This document shows, piece by piece, positions 7,852 to 15,600 of a stretch of DNA of 64,000 nucleotides (within the stretch, counting starts at the first letter, position 1; each line of letters begins with the position of its first letter). Source of the stretch: Eubacteriales bacterium (GTDB taxonomy: Bacteria; Bacillota; Clostridia; Oscillospirales; CAG-272); the NCBI GenBank assembly GCA_045613985.1, contig JAZLCA010000036.1:50023-114022 (forward strand), written 5' to 3'. The notes under the pieces are model-generated. The model was not told the DNA's origin, did not search any database, and worked only from the letters and a program-made list of their open reading frames with translations. The translations under genes were made by a program, and so were the position numbers.

Positions 7852-7880
7852 ATTATATCTCAATTTCACTTTCGTGTCAA
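7852..7880 (-). promoter_or_regulatory. Consensus sigma-A promoter of the radical SAM / Cys-Ala-tail operon
   Basis: Minus strand TTGACA (7875-7880), 17 nt, TATAAT (7852-7857). Confidence 0.7.
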
Positions 7881-7885
7881 GACAA

Positions 7886-7913
7886 AACGAGGATGCCTTT
7901 CGGCATCCTCGTT
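7886..7913 (-). terminator. Intrinsic terminator of pflB-pflA
   Basis: AACGAGGATGCC / GGCATCCTCGTT 12-bp stem, 4-nt loop, followed by TTTTG on the minus strand. Confidence 0.75.
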
Positions 7914-7921
7914 GGTCGATT

Positions 7922-8644
7922 CTATTTTCGGGGCAGCAAGTCTTGACACACTCGCTGTTGCATTTTTTCCACCATGGCCGCCGAGGGCTCGTCGTAGTCT
8001 TTAAAGCGGAAAGGAATGCTCATCTGCCCGTACTTGACGGCGCACATCTTTTTAAAGGGCAACAGTTCGACGGTGTCAATGCAGGGGTGACTGCCCACAA
8101 GCTCGCGCAGAAAAGCAATATTTTCATCGGTGTCGTTGAGCGTCGGAATAATGACCTGGCGAAGCGTGGTGGCAATTCCCCGCTCGTTCAGATAATCGAG
8201 AAACGCCAGAGGCGCGTCCATGCCACATCCCACGAAAGCACGGTATTGCTCATCCGTCGGGTATTTGACATCCAACAGCACCCGATCGGTGACCGAAAGC
8301 AGTGCTTGAACGTCATCGTTCCACACGCCCCCCGAAGTATCCAGACAGGTGTTTATCCCCTTCTTTCGACAGGCATCGAAAAACACTTGGACGAAGCCCG
8401 CCTGCAAAAGCGGCTCGCCGCCCGAAACGGTCACCCCGCCGGCAGTGCCAAAATATTCACGGTAGCGCACGGCCTTGTCCGCCAGCTCGTCGGCATCGTA
8501 CTGCGTACCTCCGCGGCAGTCCCAGGTATCGGGATTATGGCAGCATCCGCACCGCAAATTGCACCCTTGGGTGAACACGACGAAGCGGACACCGGGACCG
8601 TCCAGCGTGCCCAACGTCTGGATGGAATGTACCCATCCCGTCAT
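7922..8644 (-). CDS. pflA: Pyruvate formate-lyase activating enzyme
   Basis: GCNLRCGCCHNPDTW radical SAM motif. Immediately downstream of pflB. Start at ATG 8644 (MTGWVHS...), 1 nt after the pflB stop codon (8646-8648). Confidence 0.9.
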   Translation of the reverse strand: MTGWVHSIQTLGTLDGPGVRFVVFTQGCNLRCGCCHNPDTWDCRGGTQYDADELADKAVRYREYFGTAGGVTVSGGEPLLQAGFVQVFFDACRKKGINTCLDTSGGVWNDDVQALLSVTDRVLLDVKYPTDEQYRAFVGCGMDAPLAFLDYLNERGIATTLRQVIIPTLNDTDENIAFLRELVGSHPCIDTVELLPFKKMCAVKYGQMSIPFRFKDYDEPSAAMVEKMQQRVCQDLLPRK

Positions 8645-8645
8645 C

Positions 8646-10877
8646 TTACAGCACCTCGTGGAAGGTACGGCTGATGACCTCGCGTTGCTGTTCACGGGAT
8701 AGCTTATGGAAATTGACGGCATAACCCGACACGCGGATGGTCAGGTTGGGATAAGCCTCGGGGTCCTCGTAAGCTTTCATGAGCGTTTCACGGTTGAGTA
8801 CGTTGACGTTGATATGATGCGCTCTTTTCGCAAAATATCCGTCCAAAATGGAAACCAAATTGCTCACTCGCTCCTCTTCACTTCTGCCAAGCGCAGCAGG
8901 AGTGATAGAGAAGGTATTGGAAATACCGTCGCGGCAATCGTCGTAGCTGATCTTGGCCACCGAGTTGAGCGATGCCAAAGCACCGTTCTTTTCACGGTTG
9001 TGCATGGGGTTGGCGCCGGGAGCAAAGGCAGCGGTTGCCTTTCTGCCGTCGGGAGTCGCGCCCGTGTGCTTGCCGTACATGACGTTGGAGGTGATGGTCA
9101 GCACCGACAGCGTGTGGATCGCCTCACGGTAGGTCGGCGTCTTGCGCAGTTCGGTGATGGTCTTGTGGGTGATCTCCTTGGCAATGAGGTCAACGCGATC
9201 GTCATCGTTGCCAAAGGTGGGGAATTCTCCTTCGGTATTGAAATCAACAACAAATCCTCGGTCATCCTTCACGGGCTGTACGGATGCATACTTGATCGCA
9301 CTGAGCGAGTCGGCAACGACGGAAAGTCCCGCAATACCAAAGGCCATAAAACGCTCGACGTAGGTGTCGTGCAAAGCCATCTGGGTTTTTTCATACGCAT
9401 ACTTATCATGCATATAATGGATGATATTCATGGTGTTGACGTACAGCTTGGACAGCCAGGCAAGATAAATATCAAACCGCTCTGTCACCGCCGCATAATC
9501 CAGCTTATCCCCTGCCAGCACCGGCATCTGAGGGCCAATGCGCAAGCCGCTGGTGGTATCGTAACCGCCGTTGATGGCGATGAGCAACAGCTTAGCCAAA
9601 TTGCAACGCGCGCCAAAGAACTGCATCTGTTTGCCCACCTTCATGGCGGAGACACAGCAAGCAATGGCGTAGTCATCGCCGTAGACGGGGCGCATGACGT
9701 CGTCGTTTTCGTACTGGATGGAGTCGGTATCGACCGAAACCTTGGCGCAGAACGCCTTAAAGGACTCCGGCAGGCTGTTGGACCACAGCACCGTCAGATT
9801 GGGCTCGGGAGAGGAGCCCAGCGTGTAAAGCGTATTGAGCATACGGAAGCTGGACTTGGTAACAAGCGTTCTTCCGTCCTCGCCCATGCCGCCGACGACC
9901 TCGGTGATCCACATAGGATCGCCGCCGAACAGCTCGTTATATTCCCGGGTGCGCAAATGGCGAGCCATGCGAAGCTTGATGACGAAATCGTCCATCAGCT
10001 CCTGTGCGCCCTCTTCAGTCAGCGTGCCGTTTTGCAGGTCACGCTCCATGTAAATATCAAAGAAAGTGCTGACACGGCCCAGCGACATCGCCGCGCCGTT
10101 TTGCTCCTTAATGGAAGCAAGATAGGCAAAGTAGGTCCACTGGATAGCCTCGCGGGTATTCTTGGCGGGCTGGCTGATATCATAACCGTACATAGCAGCC
10201 ATTTCCTTCATATAGCCAAGGAAAGCGATCTGCTTGGCTACTTCCTCATCCAGACGGATGTGTTCCGCATCAAAATCGCCGTCGGCCAGTTTAGCCTTAT
10301 CCTTTTTCTTTTCTTCAACAAGACGATCTACGCCATACAACGCCACTCGGCGGTAGTCGCCAATGATACGGCCGCGGCCATAGGCATCGGGAAGACCTGT
10401 GATTACGTGGCACTTGCGTGCCTGACGCATTTCGTCCGTATAGGCGCGGAATACGCCGTCGTTGTGAGTGGTGCGGAAGCGAAATTCCTCCTCCACCTTG
10501 GGGCTGAGCTTGTAGCCGTACGCCTCACAGGCATTACGCACCATGCGCATACCGCCAAAGGGATTGACGCCCCGCTTCAGCGGTCTGTTGGTCTGAAGAC
10601 CTACGATCAGCTCGTTGTCCTTGTCGATGTAGCCGGGAGAATAGCTCGTCAGCGACGAAACCGTCGCTGTATCAATATCCAGCACGCCGCCCTGCTGACG
10701 CTCCAGCGCAAACAAAGCCTGCACCTTTTTCATCAGCTCGCTCGTACGCCGACTGGGACCGGACAAAAAGTCGCTCCCGCCCTCGTAAGGGTTGTAGTTG
10801 GTCTGGATAAAGTCGCGAACGTTGATCTCCTCCTGCCAGACGCCCTCTTTGAAACCTTGCCAATTTGTGTGTTTCAT
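8646..10877 (-). CDS. pflB: Formate C-acetyltransferase (pyruvate formate-lyase)
   Basis: Glycyl radical motif [11 protein letters not shown], active-site IACCVSAM, 743 aa, GGAGA RBS. Confidence 0.95.
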   Translation of the reverse strand: MKHTNWQGFKEGVWQEEINVRDFIQTNYNPYEGGSDFLSGPSRRTSELMKKVQALFALERQQGGVLDIDTATVSSLTSYSPGYIDKDNELIVGLQTNRPLKRGVNPFGGMRMVRNACEAYGYKLSPKVEEEFRFRTTHNDGVFRAYTDEMRQARKCHVITGLPDAYGRGRIIGDYRRVALYGVDRLVEEKKKDKAKLADGDFDAEHIRLDEEVAKQIAFLGYMKEMAAMYGYDISQPAKNTREAIQWTYFAYLASIKEQNGAAMSLGRVSTFFDIYMERDLQNGTLTEEGAQELMDDFVIKLRMARHLRTREYNELFGGDPMWITEVVGGMGEDGRTLVTKSSFRMLNTLYTLGSSPEPNLTVLWSNSLPESFKAFCAKVSVDTDSIQYENDDVMRPVYGDDYAIACCVSAMKVGKQMQFFGARCNLAKLLLIAINGGYDTTSGLRIGPQMPVLAGDKLDYAAVTERFDIYLAWLSKLYVNTMNIIHYMHDKYAYEKTQMALHDTYVERFMAFGIAGLSVVADSLSAIKYASVQPVKDDRGFVVDFNTEGEFPTFGNDDDRVDLIAKEITHKTITELRKTPTYREAIHTLSVLTITSNVMYGKHTGATPDGRKATAAFAPGANPMHNREKNGALASLNSVAKISYDDCRDGISNTFSITPAALGRSEEERVSNLVSILDGYFAKRAHHINVNVLNRETLMKAYEDPEAYPNLTIRVSGYAVNFHKLSREQQREVISRTFHEVL

Positions 10878-10980
10878 ACGTTTCTCCTTTGTTTGAAAGA
10901 ATCGCCCAGACGGTCGGCATTGCTGCTTTGCACTCCCATGCGGTACTCCGCAAATCCGTCAGTCATACAAAGCCAATGGT

Positions 10981-11009
10981 AGTATACACCAAAAAAGAGC
11001 AATTGTCAA
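10981..11009 (-). promoter_or_regulatory. Sigma-A promoter of pflBA
   Basis: Minus strand TTGACA (11004-11009), 17 nt, TATACT (10981-10986). Confidence 0.65.
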
Positions 11010-11118
11010 GATGCTTTTCTTCGCTCTTTTAGATGATTTTGCAAAAGAAACACTATTTCTTGTGGTGCATTCCAACAAAAACAGCACATATTGTTATTTT
11101 TTAAACAAAGAACAGAAA

Positions 11119-11147
11119 GAACCCCACGCGCAAACGCCGTGGGGTTC
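11119..11147 (-). terminator. Intrinsic terminator after the 451-aa lipoprotein gene
   Basis: GAACCCCACG / CGTGGGGTTC 10-bp stem. T-rich run on the minus strand (TTTCTGTTCTTTG). Confidence 0.7.
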
Positions 11148-11153
11148 TTTTAT

Positions 11154-12509
11154 TTAAGGGGCAAACAGAACAACGTCCGTGCGCTCCCCTGTCGTGTTGG
11201 TAACGGTGATGGCATCGCCAGGCTTTGCTGTGAAAATGCAAGCGCCTCCAGCAATTTCTGCCTCAACACCGTTCACCTTCACCGTCAGGCCTGCGCTGCA
11301 ATCGATGCTGACCGTCTTTTCCTCGCCCTTCCAGTTCAAGTGAAGGGTAGCCGAGCCCTCAATACGCATGGCGGTACTGCCGTATACGGGCAGCGCATCA
11401 TTCTCAGCACCGCTATGCAGTGCAAGCGAAAACTCTACCGCGTTGACGGTAGCCGCGCCCTTCGAGGAAACGGTAATGGAAACTTCATCTCCAGCATTGA
11501 CGGGCAGATACAGACAAGCGCCGCCGTCGGTGTAGGAAGTTACCACGTAAGTAGTAGTGTTGTACATCATGATGTTATTATCCGGCGTTGTGCAGGTCAG
11601 CACCAGATAGCCGGAAGCCGTCGCAGTATAGGTGTAGTAAACCGCACCCTCTGCAGGCACCTCAGCCGTCAGCGTCTTGTCTGCTTCGGCTCGATAGGGA
11701 TTCCCCTGCGTACCGGGCAGAGATTCAAAGCAAACGGTAAAGGTGCATTCGGATGTCCCGGTGTTCGTCACAGTAAAGGGTATGGTGGAGTTGGTATCTG
11801 CCGCGCCCTTGACCAAAACGCGAATGACACCGTCCTCAGGCAAATATTCCTCGCCCTCATAAACGACCTTAGTCGTTGCGCCCTCAACCACGAGATAGCG
11901 GGTGCTGGTACCGCGGGCAAAACAATGATAGGTCACGCCTGCCGAAGCAGTCAGAGTCACCCGCTCGTCCCCCACGTAATAGGGCTTTTCTTCCGAGCCG
12001 TCGGGATTGTTATCCACAGCTTTGAATTCACGCATCGGTGCCTCCGCCGAAAATTCGACTTCTGCCATATTGCCCTCAACGTACCAGCCCTCCTCCAGGC
12101 CCTCGAACCAAACGGTATAGAGACCGGGAAGAAGCTCGGCATTAACGCATCCTGCATCGTCCGTCTTTGCGACCAACGCGCTCTCGCCCTCGAACAACAG
12201 CGTCAGCGAAATACCAGCCATGGGATTTCCTTTTTCATCTTTGAGGGTAATGACCATATTTATGGGATCCACGCAAATTTCGCCGCAGATCTCGCAATGG
12301 TTATCGCCGTCGGTATCGATATGATCTTCGCAAACGTCGACAGGCACTTCTGCACCGCAAACGTCGCATTTTCCATCCTCGTCAGCGTCGGTGTGTGTCG
12401 CACAGGGCTGCTGCGGCACCTCATTCTTGCAAGCCGCCAATACAACCATCGCGCACACCATCAGACAGCACAACAGCACCGCCCATACTTTGCTCATATT
12501 CTTTTTCAT
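11154..12509 (-). CDS. Secreted lipoprotein with an N-terminal Asp/Cys mini-repeat region
   Basis: Signal peptide plus lipobox VVLAAC. CATHTDADEDGKCDVCG and CEDHIDTDGDNHCEICG units. Downstream beta-rich modules resemble the type-B modules of the neighbouring giant gene. Start ATG 12509 after GAGGAA. Confidence 0.7.
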   Translation of the reverse strand: MKKNMSKVWAVLLCCLMVCAMVVLAACKNEVPQQPCATHTDADEDGKCDVCGAEVPVDVCEDHIDTDGDNHCEICGEICVDPINMVITLKDEKGNPMAGISLTLLFEGESALVAKTDDAGCVNAELLPGLYTVWFEGLEEGWYVEGNMAEVEFSAEAPMREFKAVDNNPDGSEEKPYYVGDERVTLTASAGVTYHCFARGTSTRYLVVEGATTKVVYEGEEYLPEDGVIRVLVKGAADTNSTIPFTVTNTGTSECTFTVCFESLPGTQGNPYRAEADKTLTAEVPAEGAVYYTYTATASGYLVLTCTTPDNNIMMYNTTTYVVTSYTDGGACLYLPVNAGDEVSITVSSKGAATVNAVEFSLALHSGAENDALPVYGSTAMRIEGSATLHLNWKGEEKTVSIDCSAGLTVKVNGVEAEIAGGACIFTAKPGDAITVTNTTGERTDVVLFAP

Positions 12510-12544
12510 AAGATTCCTCACATAATACATAGCATTAACGATTC

Positions 12545-12573
12545 ATTCTATCACAAAATCCACTGTTTTGCAA
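12545..12573 (-). promoter_or_regulatory. Sigma-A promoter of the 451-aa lipoprotein gene
   Basis: Minus strand TTGCAA (12568-12573), 17 nt, TAGAAT (12545-12550). Confidence 0.6.
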
Positions 12574-12625
12574 CCCTTTATACAAAAAAGCCATGACGCC
12601 ACCGCAGTTTTTTCGCAAGCAAAAG

Positions 12626-12655
12626 AACGAACCGCATCTTTTGATGCGGTTCGTT
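12626..12655 (-). terminator. Intrinsic terminator of the 1759-aa gene
   Basis: AACGAACCGCATC / GATGCGGTTCGTT 13-bp stem, TTTT loop, CTTTTGC after the stem on the minus strand. Confidence 0.7.
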
Positions 12656-12690
12656 GAAAAATATCAGTTGACGTGAGAATCGGTCAGCCT

Positions 12691-15600
12691 TTAAGATGCC
12701 GTCTCCGCCGTCAATATCAAATTGATGGTATCGGCGTTCTTACCTTGGGTAACAACAATAAAGACCTTGGTCTGGCCTTCCTCCAGCTCAAACACATAAG
12801 GAGCATTCAAAACGATCAACTCCGTGACATATCCGTCTTCAATGATGATCGCAGCATTTTCCTCACCTTCTGCAGGTGCCAAAATATATGTGCCGGTAGA
12901 GGGAGCTGTAAACGGAATGCTCACGCCCTTCCAACCGTTGGTCACTTTAATGGCATTATCGCCAATGGAAAACTTGGTCACTGTCTCAGTACCATCATCG
13001 ACAGGCTCCTCATATTTCACCAGCGCCATCGGGATCTTCAACGACGGGCACTGGAACGTATAACTACCGTCGGGAGCAACCTGGATCAGTACATCCGTAG
13101 TCACTACACCGTCCTTGTAGAAGGTGAACGCACCGTCGGCATCGATTTGGTAAGTATAGGTGCCGGAATACAGCTGAGCATTGTTATCGACCAACGTCAT
13201 CGTATCATTTCTAAAAATGAGCTTATAGTACGTCGTGCCGGAAAAATCAACGCGATATTCCCCATCCAGCCAAAGCGTATCGTCCTCGTCGGGCTCGACC
13301 GGCTGTTCAGGCTCCGTACTGCCACCACTAATTACGACATTAATATAATCCTCGGTGATCATATAATCAATCGACTGGAAGTAGAAGACGATGCTCTCCC
13401 CTGCCTCCAGCGTGAAGGTATAAGGAAGGGTTTCGATCCATTCCAGATTGGCATTATGCAGCCAGCCATTCGTCTCGCCGTCAGCCCAAGAAATAGTGTA
13501 GGTACCGGACACGGGGGCCGTGAAGAATGCCTTGATCATATCCTGGAAATATTCCGTAACCGTAACGTAAACGGTATTCTCGCCGGGAAGCAGCATCACA
13601 CCGGGATCCTCGGGAACAACCTCGCCCTCGCCCTCGGCAATCACAAGATCAATATAGTCTTCCGTGATAAAGAAGTCTGCCGACTGAACGTAGACGATGA
13701 TGCTCTCGCCTTCCTCCAACTCAAAGGTGTAAGGCATATTCTCGATCCAGTTGCCCCACGCGTCGAACAGATCGCCATTCGTCTCGCCGTCGGCCCAAGA
13801 AATGGTGTAGGTGCCGGCCCAAGGCGCCGTAAAGGTTGCCTTGGTCTGATTCTGGAAGAAGTTGGTGACGGTGACGTAAACACTGTTCTCACCCAACACC
13901 AACGTAGCGTCGGCCGGCAGTTCCGGCTCGTCCGTACCTTCGCCGGGTTGCTCACCGGGCTCGTCACCGCCCTCGGAAATGACTACGTCGATGTAATCCT
14001 CGTCGATCATCATATCCAGAGAAGCGAAGTAGAAGATGATGCTCTCACCCTCGGCAAGGGTGAAGGTATAGGGCATATTCTCGATCCAGTTGCCGTTAAA
14101 ATCGTAAATATCCGCATTGCTCTCGCCTGCGGCAGGAGAAATGGTAAACGTACCTGCCCAGGGCGCGGTGAAGACCATTTCGGTCCACTCAGGCCAGAAG
14201 TTGAGCACCTGAACGTGAATGCTGTTCTCGCCCAAGACAAGCAAGTTATCTGCGGGCTCATCTCCGCCCTGCGAGCCGCCCTCGGAAATGACTACGTCGA
14301 TGTAATCCTCATCGATCATCGCATCCAGAGATGCGAAGTAGAAGATGATGCTCTCGCCCTCCGCAAGGGTGAAGGTATAGGGCATATTCTCGATCCAGTT
14401 GCCGTTAAAATCGTAAATATCCGCATTGCTCTCGCCAGCGGCAGGAGAAATGGTAAACGTACCTGCCCAGGGTGCGGTGAAGACCATTTCGGTCCACTCA
14501 GGCCAGAAGTTGACCACCTGAACGTGAATGCTGTTCTCGCCCAAGACAAGCAAGTTATCTGCGGGCTCATCTCCGCCCTGCGAACCGCCCTCGGAAATGA
14601 CTACGTCGATGTAATCCTCATCGATCATCATATCCAGAGAAGCGAAGTAGAAGATGATGCTCTCACCCTCCGCAAGGGTGAAGGTATAGGGCATATTCTC
14701 GATCCAGTTGCCGTCAAAATCGTAAATATCCGCATTGCTTTCGCCTGCGGCAGGAGAAATGGTAAACGTACCTGCCCAGGGCGCGGTGAAGACCATTTCG
14801 GTCCACTCAGGCCAGAAGTTGACCACCTGAACGTGAACGCTGTTCTCGCCCAAGACAAGCAAGTTGTCTGCAGGCTCATCACCGCTGCCACCTTCCTTGG
14901 TTACAACCAAGTCAACGGTATCGGAGGTGAAATCGCCGGTCAGAATGATGAACATCATAGTTTCGCCCGCACCCAATTCAAAGGTATAGGGCAGATCCAG
15001 CATTTCCGAACCGTACATAGTCTCAATCAAAACAAATGCATTGTTTTCGCCGTGATCCGCAGACAAAACATACGTTCCTGCCTCGGTGGCAGTAAAGCCA
15101 ATCACGACACCATTCCAAGGATCGTCCACTACAATGGAGTTGTTGCCCAGCACCAGCGCATCCTGGGTATCACCGCCGACATCCCCGCCGTCCTCGACCT
15201 TATTCAGCGGCTGTGCCATCATCAAAGCACTACACTGGAAGGTGAAACTGCCGTCCAGGCCAACCGAAATCAAAATGTCGCTGACCGTGCCGTCTGCATG
15301 ATAAATCGTCATACCACTGGTGGGAGTACCCTCATAGCTGTATGTGCCGCTATATGCACCGTTATTATGGTCTTCAATCGTCAAAACACCATTTTCAAAG
15401 GTGAGGACATACAGACCGGGCATCAGGAAATCCACGCTGTATTTACCGTTGAATGCTTCATCATTGCCTTCATCGTTGTCCTCATCCTCTACCTTGATCA
15501 GCGTCTGAGGCATCATCAGTCCAGCGCACTGGAAGGTAGGACTGCCATCCAGACCAAGCGCGATGATCATGTCGCTCTCACTGCCATCCTCGTTGTAAAC

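Noticed and set aside
7854-7921. Search for a SCIFF-like or other small Cys-rich precursor ORF next to the radical SAM SPASM-like gene
   Set aside because: The 68-nt upstream gap is fully occupied by the pflA terminator and the operon promoter. Downstream the only unannotated small frame is the HAD-like remnant. No plausible precursor peptide was found.
8706-10982. 758-aa plus-strand ORF antisense to pflB, and analogous long antisense ORFs (19896-22478, 32471-35173, 45179-46780, 47642-49093, 49746-52043, 52107-53075, 56066-57535, 60387-62084)
   Set aside because: Each opposes a gene with unambiguous family motifs (PFL, vWA, family-5 SBP, NapH/Trx, asparaginase neighbour, GH-D). None has its own RBS, promoter or recognisable domain.
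13971-14897. Possible CRISPR array or mobile repeat
   Set aside because: The repeats are 309 bp, contiguous, without spacers, in-frame and coding for a protein module. No short repeat-spacer pattern or cas gene occurs anywhere in the window.
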